In this document: in pieces, positions 48,165 through 58,053 of the stretch
How the letters are laid out: the number at the start of each line of letters is the position of its first letter
Numbering within the stretch: position 1 is the first letter of the stretch
Assembly (NCBI GenBank): GCA_001784285.1
Contig: MFQC01000003.1
Span: forward strand, 144,159 to 208,158
DNA: 64,000 bases
Direction of reading: 5' to 3'
Source of the DNA: Candidatus Magasanikbacteria bacterium RIFCSPHIGHO2_02_FULL_48_18
GTDB lineage: Bacteria; Patescibacteriota; Patescibacteriia; Magasanikbacterales; UBA922
Program-made: the position numbers and the translations under genes
The notes under the pieces: model-generated
Seen by the model: only the letters and a program-made list of their open reading frames with translations
Told to the model about the DNA's origin: nothing
The model's database searches: none

Positions 48165-49436
48165 ATGTGGAAAAATTTTGCGGCTCTCGAAGATCATCGC
48201 GCCCACGCGGACTCGCCGCTAGGCCACATCCCGATCCCTGGTCGGGAGTGGTACGGTATGCGCGGTCTCATGACCAATGCCCCCCTCATGATCGCGCCCG
48301 GCGGCATTGAGTGGGAACTCATCGAGGCCCTTCGAGGCCGGGGAATCGGCCCCCGCGAGGTCGTCGAGGTGGATGACCTAGTCCTCGACTGCGCGCGGGG
48401 CCCTGTCGCTGACAAAATCCGCCGCTGTGACGGAATCCGGCCGTTCTGGTTCGGCCGGACCGAAGAGGAGCTCTTCAATGAGCTCGGCATGCCGGCCGCG
48501 ATCACAGCCAACCAGATGAGGGATCTCAACTGCAAGGCGATCTTTCGGATGATCGCGAAGCAACAGGGCTTCGGTCATCTGGTACCCCTGAATGGGGTCG
48601 GTACGACCGAGGCACACGCGCTTGAGACGTTCGAGCGCATCCGGGCCATGCTCGGCCACGACGGCCACCCGATTCCCGACGCGGCCATCCTCAAACAAAC
48701 TGGACTCCTGTCCGGCGCCGGGATGGAGGTCCACACAACGACGGATGGTGTCAAGGGCTACTGCCGGCGCCAGCTCGACGGCAAGCCCATGATCATCGAG
48801 GCGGCCTACCTGCGGCACATGGCCGCCTCGGCACACTGGAATCTGTCCGCCAGTGGCTGGAGCAGGGCAGGCACAACAGTCAACTTCATCTCCGGCGGGG
48901 TATGCCACGAGGGCAACCTGTACGCCTCGCATGCACAGCCAATCCCCGGACTCTTGCTCAAGGACATGGCCACCATGTACTGGATCGGGGAGCACTGGAT
49001 TCGGGAATGGTGGAAGATGGGTTTCCGTGAGATGGCCGTGGGTATTGACTTCATCAAGGTCCGCGGCTTGTGCGGCAGGGTTCGGTGGTACGCCATTGAA
49101 CCGAACATCTTCCGCCCGCCGGCGCCACGGTACGGATTCGCGCTCGGCGAGCAGATCGCACCACGGCTCGGTGGACGCTGGGCCATTGCCCAGTCGAACG
49201 TCTACCCGGCTCCGGGAGCCGCGGACAACTTCCGCGAACTGGCGCGGCTCCTCAGGGGGCTCCTGTTCGACGGCAAGAGCGGCGCCGTCCCCACGCTCGT
49301 CGAGCTCTTGCCCCATGGCAAGTTCCAGGCGTTCTGTGTCGCCGAGAACGGCTGGAAGGCAATGCGGCTCCTCACTCGGGTCAAGGAGCGCGTCGGGGAC
49401 ACAAAGTCGGTCGCGATCCCTGATCTCGACCGCTAG
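48165..49436 (+). CDS. Compositionally foreign (GC-rich) gene encoding a ~424-aa protein with ATP-grasp-like C-terminal motifs. Function unknown.
   Basis: Strong G/C third-position codon bias, unlike every other gene in the window. GGAGG-6nt-ATG start. Motifs GTTVNFISGG and AVGIDFIKVRGLCGRVRWYAIEPNIFRPP resemble the ATP-grasp R-x-N...GG and GxD...E-x-N motifs. The antisense 373-aa ORF is a GC-rich shadow. Confidence 0.6.
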   Translation: MWKNFAALEDHRAHADSPLGHIPIPGREWYGMRGLMTNAPLMIAPGGIEWELIEALRGRGIGPREVVEVDDLVLDCARGPVADKIRRCDGIRPFWFGRTEEELFNELGMPAAITANQMRDLNCKAIFRMIAKQQGFGHLVPLNGVGTTEAHALETFERIRAMLGHDGHPIPDAAILKQTGLLSGAGMEVHTTTDGVKGYCRRQLDGKPMIIEAAYLRHMAASAHWNLSASGWSRAGTTVNFISGGVCHEGNLYASHAQPIPGLLLKDMATMYWIGEHWIREWWKMGFREMAVGIDFIKVRGLCGRVRWYAIEPNIFRPPAPRYGFALGEQIAPRLGGRWAIAQSNVYPAPGAADNFRELARLLRGLLFDGKSGAVPTLVELLPHGKFQAFCVAENGWKAMRLLTRVKERVGDTKSVAIPDLDR

Positions 49437-49456
49437 GAGGATAAAAGGAGGAAAAC

Positions 49457-49495
49457 GCGGAGCGCTCACCATGAGCCGCTCCGCCATCCTTTTTT
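49457..49495 (+). terminator. Rho-independent terminator. It may also serve the convergent uvrA.
   Basis: gcggagcg-ctcaccatgagc-cgctccgc followed by catcctttttt. Confidence 0.6.
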
Positions 49496-49539
49496 GCATG
49501 TGTTTGAGACGCGCGCAAAAAAGGATGAAAAAACAACTT

Positions 49540-52143
49540 TTAAGAAAAATAAGTTTTCAAATATGCGCCCGTGTGACTCACCGTTCGTTTTCTGACTATT
49601 TCTTCCGGTGTCCCTTCCGCAACCAGTTCTCCGCCTTTGTTGCCGCCCTCAGGTCCCAAATCAATAATCCAATCCGCGCATTTAATCACATCCAAATTGT
49701 GTTCAATCACCATGACCGTGTTTCCTTTTGACACGAGGCTTTGCAATACATCAATCAATTTTCGCACATCATCATAATGCAACCCGGTGGTTGGTTCATC
49801 CAATAAATACAGCGTTTTGGTGGTGTTTCGTTTTGCCAATTCGCGGCTCAATTTTATACGCTGTGCTTCTCCGCCGGACAATGTTGTAGCGGACTGGCCA
49901 AGCGTCAAATAATCCAAACCCACATTATTTAATACGGACAATTTATCATAAATCTGCGGAATGTCTTTGAAAAATTCTTCCGCCTCTTCAATGGTCATCT
50001 CAAGCACTTCGGCAATATTTTTATGATTGTATTCCACGGCAAGCGTTTCTTCGGCAAACCGTTTTCCTTTGCACGCATCGCACACAATGTGGACGCTCGG
50101 CAAAAAATGCATTTCAATTTCAAGCACGCCGCGTCCTTCGCACTGTTCGCATCGTCCGCCCGGACGATTAAAGCTGAACCGCCCTTTTTTGTATCCTCGA
50201 ATTCTTGCTTCAGCTGTTGCGGCAAACAAATCACGAATATGGTCGTAGGCTTTGGTGTAGGTTGCCGGATTGCTCCGGGGAGTGCGTCCAATAGGGCTTT
50301 GATCAATTTCAATAATTTTATCAATATATTCCAAACCGACAATCGCTTTATGCCCGCCCACGGCTTTATTGACATGATTTAGCCGGTTGGCCGCGGACCG
50401 ATATAAAATATCATGCATAAGAGTGGACTTTCCTGATCCTGAAACACCGGTAAGACACACAAAGCGCCGCAGGGGAATATCCACATTCATATTTTTTAAA
50501 TTATGATGCGTGGCCCCTTTTATCTTTATTTTAGGCGTATACTGATCCACTTTTCGTCTTTTTTCCGGCATGGACACACTCTTTTCTCTACGCAAATACT
50601 GCCCGGTGATGGAATCTTTTGAGCTCCCATACCGTTGGCACCGGATGTCTGTACGATCATTTTTCCTATTCAACAGCTCATCCTTGGTCCCTGAATACAC
50701 CACATGCCCGCCATGCTTTCCTGCCCCGGGGCCAATATCCACAATCCAATCGCTTGCCATAATGGTGTCTTCATCGTGTTCAACGACAATAATGGTATTT
50801 CCAATATCACACAAATTTCGAAGCGTCCGCACAAGCTGTGCGTTGTCCCGTTGATGCAACCCAATGGTTGGTTCGTCCAAAATATACATGGCACCCACCA
50901 ATTTTTGACCGACTTGAGACGCAAGACGAATGCGCTGGGCTTCTCCGCCGGATAATGTGCCCGCTTTCCGATTGAGCGAGAGATATTCGAGACCAACATC
51001 GAGCATAAACGAAAGCCGATTTTGGATTTCCCGCAATGCGGCGCCTGAAATTTCTTTTTCTTTCGGCGGCAATGTATCATCCAATGATAAAAAAAACTCG
51101 GCCGCTTCTTCAATCGTCATGGCGCTCACTTCCCAGATATTTTTTTCTTCAATTTTTACGGATAACGCGTTGGTATTGAGACGTTTGCCTTCACAGGATG
51201 GGCAGATCTCTTCGCTGAATAATTCTCTGGTTCCCAGCCCTGTACACGCGGCACAATAGCCGTATGGGCTATTAAAACTAAACAATCTTGGTTCGATTTC
51301 CGGAAAACTATAGCCGTCCTTGGGACAGGAATATTCGGTAGAAAAAACGTCTTCTTCTCCATTTTCAAAAACCACAATGCAGAGCCCGTTGGAAAGTTCC
51401 ACAGCCGTTTCAACGGCTTCGGTGAGTCGTTGCTTTTGTTCTGTCGTTTCTTCTTTCTTTTTTCTTTCCCGGCCAAAGGTGTCTGTTTGACCAAACGTAT
51501 CAACCACAACGTCAATCACGTGTTTCTTATTCTTGGACAAAACCATTCTCTCTTTGAGCGATCGCATCTTCCCATCGACACGGACATTCAAAAACCCGGA
51601 ATTGTAGAGATCATAAAGCATTTGATAATATTCGCCTTTTCTTCCGCGGACAACCGGAGAAAGAATTGTTCCTCCATCTTTTTGCCGACTCATTTTTTGC
51701 ATGATTCTTTCCACCATCTGATCAACGCTTATTTTTTCAATTTTTGTTCCGCACAAGGGACAATAGGGTTTTCCAACGCGGGCGTACAACACACGGAGAT
51801 AGTCATATATTTCTGTAATCGTGGCAACCGTAGAACGCGGGTTGGCGCTATGCGCTTTTTGGTCAATGGAAATCGCCGGAGAAAGCCCCTCAATTTCATC
51901 AACATCCGGCTTTTGCATACCGCCTAAAAATTGCCTGGCATAGGCCGAAAGACTTTCAATATATCGGCGCTGGCCTTCGGCAAAAATAGTATCAAAGGCA
52001 AGGGAGGACTTTCCCGAACCGGAAAGACCGGTAAACACAATCATCCGGTTCCGCGGGAGTTCCAGATTGATATTTTTGAGATTGTGTTCGCGCGCTCCTT
52101 TGATGATAATGGTGTCCTGCATACATGGAGCCCCGATGGCCAT
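49540..52143 (-). CDS. uvrA: Excinuclease ABC subunit A. The long ORF extends to 52257; the start is probably the internal Met.
   Basis: Two ABC ATPase modules ([14 protein letters not shown]..., [10 protein letters not shown]...). Zn fingers CxxC. LSGGEAQR signature twice. Confidence 0.9.
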   Translation of the reverse strand: MAIGAPCMQDTIIIKGAREHNLKNINLELPRNRMIVFTGLSGSGKSSLAFDTIFAEGQRRYIESLSAYARQFLGGMQKPDVDEIEGLSPAISIDQKAHSANPRSTVATITEIYDYLRVLYARVGKPYCPLCGTKIEKISVDQMVERIMQKMSRQKDGGTILSPVVRGRKGEYYQMLYDLYNSGFLNVRVDGKMRSLKERMVLSKNKKHVIDVVVDTFGQTDTFGRERKKKEETTEQKQRLTEAVETAVELSNGLCIVVFENGEEDVFSTEYSCPKDGYSFPEIEPRLFSFNSPYGYCAACTGLGTRELFSEEICPSCEGKRLNTNALSVKIEEKNIWEVSAMTIEEAAEFFLSLDDTLPPKEKEISGAALREIQNRLSFMLDVGLEYLSLNRKAGTLSGGEAQRIRLASQVGQKLVGAMYILDEPTIGLHQRDNAQLVRTLRNLCDIGNTIIVVEHDEDTIMASDWIVDIGPGAGKHGGHVVYSGTKDELLNRKNDRTDIRCQRYGSSKDSITGQYLRREKSVSMPEKRRKVDQYTPKIKIKGATHHNLKNMNVDIPLRRFVCLTGVSGSGKSTLMHDILYRSAANRLNHVNKAVGGHKAIVGLEYIDKIIEIDQSPIGRTPRSNPATYTKAYDHIRDLFAATAEARIRGYKKGRFSFNRPGGRCEQCEGRGVLEIEMHFLPSVHIVCDACKGKRFAEETLAVEYNHKNIAEVLEMTIEEAEEFFKDIPQIYDKLSVLNNVGLDYLTLGQSATTLSGGEAQRIKLSRELAKRNTTKTLYLLDEPTTGLHYDDVRKLIDVLQSLVSKGNTVMVIEHNLDVIKCADWIIDLGPEGGNKGGELVAEGTPEEIVRKRTVSHTGAYLKTYFS

Positions 52144-52318
52144 CGGGGTGACATCCCGAAACGACAAAAAAGCCCTCAAAAAGGGCCCTCCTGAAAAGTG
52201 TTCCAAAGAACATGCGTAAGAATAAGCCCAGTATACCCGTCTCAAAAGAAAAGTCAATTGTATAAAAAAAAGTTTTTGAGTATACTATTTTATTAACCTA
52301 TTTGATCTGTATCATTCT

Positions 52319-52783
52319 ATGAAACATTATCCTCTCGGCCTTTTCGCTGTTGCCGCTATGGTCATTTTTCTTGGCGCGGGATGCATTGGCGAAAATGCCG
52401 CACAAAACACGAACCAGCCGTCGCCAGCCACATCGACCACCAAAGACGAAAAAACCACATCGATGCCGGAAGAGCCGTCGAAAAATATACCCTCCCTGGC
52501 TGAAGGCATTGTGCTCAACGGAACAGTGAAGGGAAACAGAACCATAGAGCTTGAATGGGTGGTTGCTCCGGAACTTGCGGAGCAGGCGGATAAATACTAT
52601 TTTACTCTTGACAGCGAACCAAACCCAACAGCGCCGGGACGCTATTGGTATTGGCGCGGACCCACCTACCGAGAGCTCACCTGGACCAATCTTCCTATTG
52701 GTCAGCAACACATCCGCGTCTGTGTCATGGCAGGTGAAACATGTATCGCGTACAGCAACGATCTTGCGGTCGAAATTAAATAA
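52319..52783 (+). CDS. Hypothetical secreted lipoprotein.
   Basis: Signal peptide with lipobox FLGAGC, followed by a Thr/Ser/Pro-rich linker and a ~100-aa domain. Confidence 0.55.
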   Translation: MKHYPLGLFAVAAMVIFLGAGCIGENAAQNTNQPSPATSTTKDEKTTSMPEEPSKNIPSLAEGIVLNGTVKGNRTIELEWVVAPELAEQADKYYFTLDSEPNPTAPGRYWYWRGPTYRELTWTNLPIGQQHIRVCVMAGETCIAYSNDLAVEIK

Positions 52784-52798
52784 TGTGAACCTGAGACT

Positions 52799-54901
52799 CT
52801 ATTGTTCCATTTTTTTCTGTTTCAACAACTGTATTTCATCTCTCAAAATTGCGGCAAGTTCAAATTCCAAATTCTTTGCCGCTTCCCGCATTTTTTGTTC
52901 TTTCTCTTTTACAATTTCTTTCAAACTTCTTTGATCGCCGAGAGTATCCAATTCTAATATTTTTTTTACAGTTCGTACTTTCGTACCTTTCGTATTTCGC
53001 ACATCTATGCCGAATTCTTCCAAGATATTTCGGATATTTTTTTCAATCGTCTTTGGCGTAATGCCATGTTTTTTGTTATATGCCAACTGCACCATGCGGC
53101 GGCGATTTGTTTCTTGAATCGCGCGTTCAATCGAGCCGGTCATGGCATCGGCATACAAAACGACCTGCCCATGTATGTTTCGCGCGGCGCGGCCGATCGT
53201 TTGGATCAAACTGGTTTCACTGCGTAAAAATCCTTCTTTATCCGCATCCAATATCGCAACCAGGGACACCTCCGGCAAATCCAGCCCCTCGCGCAATAAA
53301 TTGACCCCAACAATGACATCGACTTTCCCGCTTCTCAAATCATTAATAATTTGGATTCGTTCAAGAGTTTTAATATCGCTATGAAGATACGTTACCCGTA
53401 TCTTTTGTTTTTGTAAATACTCGGTCAAATCTTCTGCCATTTTTTTGGTTAATACCGTCACCAGTGTCCGCTCGTGCTTCTGTACCCGCTCTGCAATTCG
53501 GATGATAACATCTTCAACTTGTGAATGCTGAACGCTTTGAAACTTTTCTTTTTTTGTTTTCCGAATCTTGAAATGTGCCTCTTGAAACGTTCCCGTCACC
53601 GGACAAAGAATAACTTCCGGATCTATCAACCCTGTGGGGCGCACAATCTGTTCCACCACCCGATCGCTTTCTTGTATTTCAAATTCCGCAGGTGTCGCGG
53701 ATACGTAGATGGTTTGCCGGACGCGCGCGGAAAATTCATCAAATGTGAGCGGACGATTGTCCCTCGCGCTTGGTAAACGAAATCCATGCTCCACCAAGGT
53801 ATCTTTACGCGCCCGGTCGCCATGGTACATGCCGCGGATTTGTGGCACGGTGACGTGAGATTCATCAATCACGGTGAGGAATTGGCGTTTGTCATTCTTT
53901 TTTTCAGATGATTGCGCGCCGTGAACAAAATAATCCAGCAACGTAAACGGCGGTTCCCCTGCCGCCCGGCCTTCAAAATGCCGCGAATAATTTTCTATCC
54001 CATTGCAATAACCAATATGGTTGATCATTTCCAAATCGTATTTCACACGGCGTTTGAGCCGTTCATATTCCAATACCTTTCCTTTTTTTTCAAAAAATGC
54101 AAGCTGGGTTTTGAGTTCCTCGCGAATGCCAGCGAACGCGCGGACGCGCGCCTCTTCACTGACAATATAATGCTTGGCAGGAAAGAGCCATAAATCCTCC
54201 TGACTGCGGCGGACCTTCCTCGTCACCGGATCAATTTGCTGAATTCCTTGAATCGCGTTGCCTATTTCAAACCGATACACCATTTCTTCATTGACCGGCA
54301 TCACATCAAACACCTGCCCGCGCATGCGGAATGTTCCTCGCTTTAGGTCGCTGTTCGTGCGGTCAAACTGCATATCAATCAATTGTTTCATCATGCCGCG
54401 GCGATCGAGCTTTTGTCCAACCGACAAATGAAGAACAATTGTTTCATATTCCTTGGGCGACCCCAGGCCATAAATCGCGGAAACCGAGGCCACAATAATG
54501 ACGTCGCTTCTAGTGAGCAATGCCTGAGTGCACGCGTGGCGAAGCCGATCAATTTCTTCATTGATCTGCGCTTCTTTTTCAATGTACGTATCAGAACTCG
54601 GCATGTAGGCCTCTGGCTGATAGTAATCGTAATAACTGACAAAATATTCCACCGCGTTTTTGGGGAAAAATTCTCGAAATTCGTTGCACAGTTGCGCGGC
54701 CAACGTTTTGTTATGCGCCAAAACCAAGGTCGGCATGCGCACCTGCTCAATGACATTGGCGATGGTAAATGTTTTTCCTGAACCGGTTACCCCAAGAAGC
54801 GTCTGCCGCGCGTATCCTTTGCGTAATTCGGAAACAAGCCCCTCAATGGCTTTTGGTTGGTCTCCCGCTGGCTTGTAGGCAGAATGCAATTGAAATTGCA
54901 T
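52799..54901 (-). CDS. uvrB: Excinuclease ABC subunit B.
   Basis: FQLHSAYKPAGDQPKAI...GVTGSGKTFT.... Helicase motifs. C-terminal UVR domain (ELEFELAAILRDEIQ). Confidence 0.9.
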   Translation of the reverse strand: MQFQLHSAYKPAGDQPKAIEGLVSELRKGYARQTLLGVTGSGKTFTIANVIEQVRMPTLVLAHNKTLAAQLCNEFREFFPKNAVEYFVSYYDYYQPEAYMPSSDTYIEKEAQINEEIDRLRHACTQALLTRSDVIIVASVSAIYGLGSPKEYETIVLHLSVGQKLDRRGMMKQLIDMQFDRTNSDLKRGTFRMRGQVFDVMPVNEEMVYRFEIGNAIQGIQQIDPVTRKVRRSQEDLWLFPAKHYIVSEEARVRAFAGIREELKTQLAFFEKKGKVLEYERLKRRVKYDLEMINHIGYCNGIENYSRHFEGRAAGEPPFTLLDYFVHGAQSSEKKNDKRQFLTVIDESHVTVPQIRGMYHGDRARKDTLVEHGFRLPSARDNRPLTFDEFSARVRQTIYVSATPAEFEIQESDRVVEQIVRPTGLIDPEVILCPVTGTFQEAHFKIRKTKKEKFQSVQHSQVEDVIIRIAERVQKHERTLVTVLTKKMAEDLTEYLQKQKIRVTYLHSDIKTLERIQIINDLRSGKVDVIVGVNLLREGLDLPEVSLVAILDADKEGFLRSETSLIQTIGRAARNIHGQVVLYADAMTGSIERAIQETNRRRMVQLAYNKKHGITPKTIEKNIRNILEEFGIDVRNTKGTKVRTVKKILELDTLGDQRSLKEIVKEKEQKMREAAKNLEFELAAILRDEIQLLKQKKMEQ

Positions 54902-54912
54902 ATGTTCCACAA

Positions 54913-56265
54913 TTACACCTCCACGACTTCGCCGTACTCCGGCACAAATGATGCAATGCCAAAGCGGTCACGAATGCGATGCGCCAATTCCGTTGCCGCA
55001 TGCGCCTCGCCATGAACACAATACACTTTTTTGGGACCGGGCTTCGCCGCGCCAATCCATGAGAGCAATTTTTTTTGGTCGCCATGCGCGGACAGGGCGC
55101 CAACCGCTCGCACGGTGCATTGGACCGAAATCTCATCGCCGAATATGCTCACCTTTTCAGCTCCTTCATAGAGCTTTCTTCCCAGCGTCCCCTGTGCCTG
55201 GTATCCGACAATGATCAACATAGAATGAGGGTCGGACAAATACCGATGCGCGTGATGCAAAATGCGCCCCCCATTCATCATGCCGGCTCCGGCAATCACC
55301 ATTTTTGGCCCGCGAACATGGTTGATCGTCTTGGATTCTTCGCGGGTATAGGTAAGACGAAGTTGGGGAAATTGCAGAAAATCATCGCCATGCATATATC
55401 GCTCCGCGGCCTCGGTATCATAGTATTCCGGATACTTTTTGTAGACTTTCATTGCGTCAATCGCGAGCGGACTGTCTAAAAAAATAGGGATATCCGGAAT
55501 CGAATGGTCATCTTCACTCATCGTATTGAGTTCATATAAAAATTCTTGCGTCCGCTCAAGAGAAAAAGCGGGAATCATAATGGTCCCTCCGCGGCCCCAT
55601 CCTTCTTTCATAAGGTCAAATATCTGTTTTTTTCTTTCTCCCAGATGCTCATGAACGCGATCGCCGTATGTGGATTCGCACAACAGCACATCCACAGCAT
55701 CCAATGGATGCGTATCTTTTAAAATAGGCACATGTTCGTTGCCAAGATCGCCGGAAAATCCCAATGTTTTCCCTTCGCCCGAAAGTTCAATAAACGCGGA
55801 ACCAAAAATATGTCCCGCGTCTCGAAATATAGCCCTCACGCCGTCCCCAAGGTCAACCGATTCATTATAACGAACCCCATGACACGCCCGAGACGCGGCC
55901 GCGATATCGTTTTCTGAGAAAAAAACAGGAGATTGAAATTTTTTGTTATTGTACTGCATCACGTCGAGCGCGTCGGCCCAAATAAGTTTGGCAAATTCAC
56001 ATGTGGCTTCTGTCATAAAAATTGTGCCTACAAACCCTTCGCGGCACAATTTTGGAATGCGGCCGGTATGATCCAAATGGGCGTGAGAAACCAAAACCGC
56101 GTCAATCTCTTTTGGATCAAACGGAAAATCATCCGCATTTTTCCCCTCATTAAAATCATCGCCCTGAAACATGCCGCAGTCGAAAAGAATTTTTTTTGAT
56201 CCAATCTCTACCAAATGACACGATCCCGTTACTTCATGGGCTGCGCCAAAAAAGGAAATACGCAT
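54913..56265 (-). CDS. MBL-fold metallo-hydrolase with a beta-CASP domain (RNase J / CPSF-like RNA-metabolising enzyme).
   Basis: HAHLDHTG metal motif, then beta-CASP/RMMBL regions. About 450 aa. Translationally adjacent to uvrB. Confidence 0.75.
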   Translation of the reverse strand: MRISFFGAAHEVTGSCHLVEIGSKKILFDCGMFQGDDFNEGKNADDFPFDPKEIDAVLVSHAHLDHTGRIPKLCREGFVGTIFMTEATCEFAKLIWADALDVMQYNNKKFQSPVFFSENDIAAASRACHGVRYNESVDLGDGVRAIFRDAGHIFGSAFIELSGEGKTLGFSGDLGNEHVPILKDTHPLDAVDVLLCESTYGDRVHEHLGERKKQIFDLMKEGWGRGGTIMIPAFSLERTQEFLYELNTMSEDDHSIPDIPIFLDSPLAIDAMKVYKKYPEYYDTEAAERYMHGDDFLQFPQLRLTYTREESKTINHVRGPKMVIAGAGMMNGGRILHHAHRYLSDPHSMLIIVGYQAQGTLGRKLYEGAEKVSIFGDEISVQCTVRAVGALSAHGDQKKLLSWIGAAKPGPKKVYCVHGEAHAATELAHRIRDRFGIASFVPEYGEVVEV

Positions 56266-56382
56266 AAAAAAAATCAATATTTCAATTAACCTCAACCATA
56301 TAATTTTGGAATAATACTATACCACAGCCGGGAGCAGAGCTCCAACCGCTCCCCATACAATGATGTACATTTTCTTTTTTTC

Positions 56383-57075
56383 TTGATATACTACGCCAAG
56401 AAGAAATCTATGCGTGTTGAACAATCACAAGTCGAGATTCAAGAACCGCCACTGCAAGAAATGAAGAAAAAACGGTCATGTCTCAGACGCAGTTGTGTCA
56501 CCGGCCTCGGATGTATTTTCCTTTTTATACTCGTGTCTCTTGGCATCCTTTGGTTTACTGTCGTGCCGCGGCCGAAAGAACTCAAACAAACACCCGATTC
56601 GTTCCCCACAGCCATTCCATTATACGATAGAGACTCCATAAGCAGAATAACGTTTATTTCCGGAAAAGAAAAAAGCCGAACCATCCAAATTGCCGCGTTT
56701 ATCCCACGACTCATTTTATCGCCCATTATCGCCACGCTCGACAAAACCGTTCCCTTGTCAGAAGATGGAAACAATGCCGGCCTGGATGTGTCTTCGTGGA
56801 GAAATATTTTATCTCTCCTCGACGAGTCTGCGCTTGACGGAAGAGATATTATCAAAGTTGAGTGGAAAGACGTGAACGCCCAACCGGAATTCATGAACCA
56901 CTATTTTGAAACAGGTCTGAAAGGTTCCGGATTCACGGTTTCCAAACCTCGTGAAGACGTCCCATTTTCATTTGATTTTACCAACCGAACGATTGACGGA
57001 ACCTTTTTTATCCAAGACGACGGAGCGACCATTGGCACGGACTACTTTTCTTTAACAGTGAATGTCCCACATTGA
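56383..57075 (+). CDS. Hypothetical membrane-anchored protein.
   Basis: N-terminal basic region plus one TM (GLGCIFLFILVSLGILWFTVV), then a ~170-aa soluble domain with no known motif. Confidence 0.4.
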   Translation: MIYYAKKKSMRVEQSQVEIQEPPLQEMKKKRSCLRRSCVTGLGCIFLFILVSLGILWFTVVPRPKELKQTPDSFPTAIPLYDRDSISRITFISGKEKSRTIQIAAFIPRLILSPIIATLDKTVPLSEDGNNAGLDVSSWRNILSLLDESALDGRDIIKVEWKDVNAQPEFMNHYFETGLKGSGFTVSKPREDVPFSFDFTNRTIDGTFFIQDDGATIGTDYFSLTVNVPH

Positions 57076-57115
57076 GAGTTCAGAGGATTTCTAAGAATTA
57101 TGAACTCCAAAATCT

Positions 57116-58036
57116 ATGGCCATAAAAATTATTGAACAAAAAAATCTTCGATGGATCAATGTTGACACGGTAGATGCGGAATCTTTGCAATATCTCAAAG
57201 AAAATTTCAACTTCCATCATTTGGATTTGGAAGATATCCAGGGAGAGAGCCAGACGCCAAAAATTGATGTATACAAGAACTATCTGTTTATCGTTCTTCA
57301 GTTTCCGCATTGGAGCGGGGAAACGCAAACGGTCATCCATTACGAGATGGATATATTTATTGGAGAAAATTTTCTCGTCACCATCCAACACATCAAATCC
57401 AAAGAAATAAAGAAGTTTTTTTACCGATGCATGAAAAACAAAAGCATCAAGCGTGATTGGATGAGCAAAGAATCGGGGTACCTTTTATACCGAATTATTG
57501 AATCATTATTCCGCCAAACACAGCCAATCTTGAATAATATAGGCAAACAAATTTCCGATATTGAAAATGAAATATTCAATAAAAGCCAAGACAACAGCAT
57601 GGTTCATGAATTGGCCAGACACCGGCGGAATATCCTCAACTTTCGGCGTATTATCGACCCCCAGCGCTATTTGGTGGCCAATTTATCTCATACGCGCAAA
57701 TCATTTTTAAACGAAGAAATGAGCCTCTATTTTGATAATGTCAACGACTACTTGAGCAAATTATGGTCCATTGTGGAAGCATATAAAGATACCTTGAATG
57801 GCCTCCACGTCACCGTGGAATCGTTGGTCAACCAGCGAACCAACAAACTTATTAGCTCTCTTACGGTCATCTCGGTTTCTCTCTTGCCACTCACGCTCTT
57901 GTCCGGCATTTATGGAATGAATATAGACAGATTGCCATTTGCGCACCAGCCCATCTTTGTGTGGGGCATATTTGTGGCGCTTGGTCTCTTTATCCTTCTG
58001 CTCATCACGATTATGAGAAGACAGCGGCGAATCTAA
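57116..58036 (+). CDS. corA: Magnesium/cobalt transporter CorA.
   Basis: C-terminal two TM helices with the GIYGMNI (YGMN-like) signature. 306 aa. Confidence 0.8.
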   Translation: MAIKIIEQKNLRWINVDTVDAESLQYLKENFNFHHLDLEDIQGESQTPKIDVYKNYLFIVLQFPHWSGETQTVIHYEMDIFIGENFLVTIQHIKSKEIKKFFYRCMKNKSIKRDWMSKESGYLLYRIIESLFRQTQPILNNIGKQISDIENEIFNKSQDNSMVHELARHRRNILNFRRIIDPQRYLVANLSHTRKSFLNEEMSLYFDNVNDYLSKLWSIVEAYKDTLNGLHVTVESLVNQRTNKLISSLTVISVSLLPLTLLSGIYGMNIDRLPFAHQPIFVWGIFVALGLFILLLITIMRRQRRI

Positions 58037-58053
58037 GCACCCGAGAGAAGCGC

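Noticed and set aside
48378-49499. 373-aa minus-strand ORF in the GC-rich segment.
   Set aside because: Long antisense ORFs are expected in GC-rich DNA. The plus-strand frame has the RBS, a coherent GC3 pattern and ATP-grasp-like motifs.
47940-49500. Mobile-element interpretation of the GC-rich gene (IS, prophage, integron cassette).
   Set aside because: There is no transposase, integrase or attC-like site, and no target-site duplications are visible. Only the 14-bp TIR leader might be MITE-like; that is kept as a finding rather than a mobile-element call.
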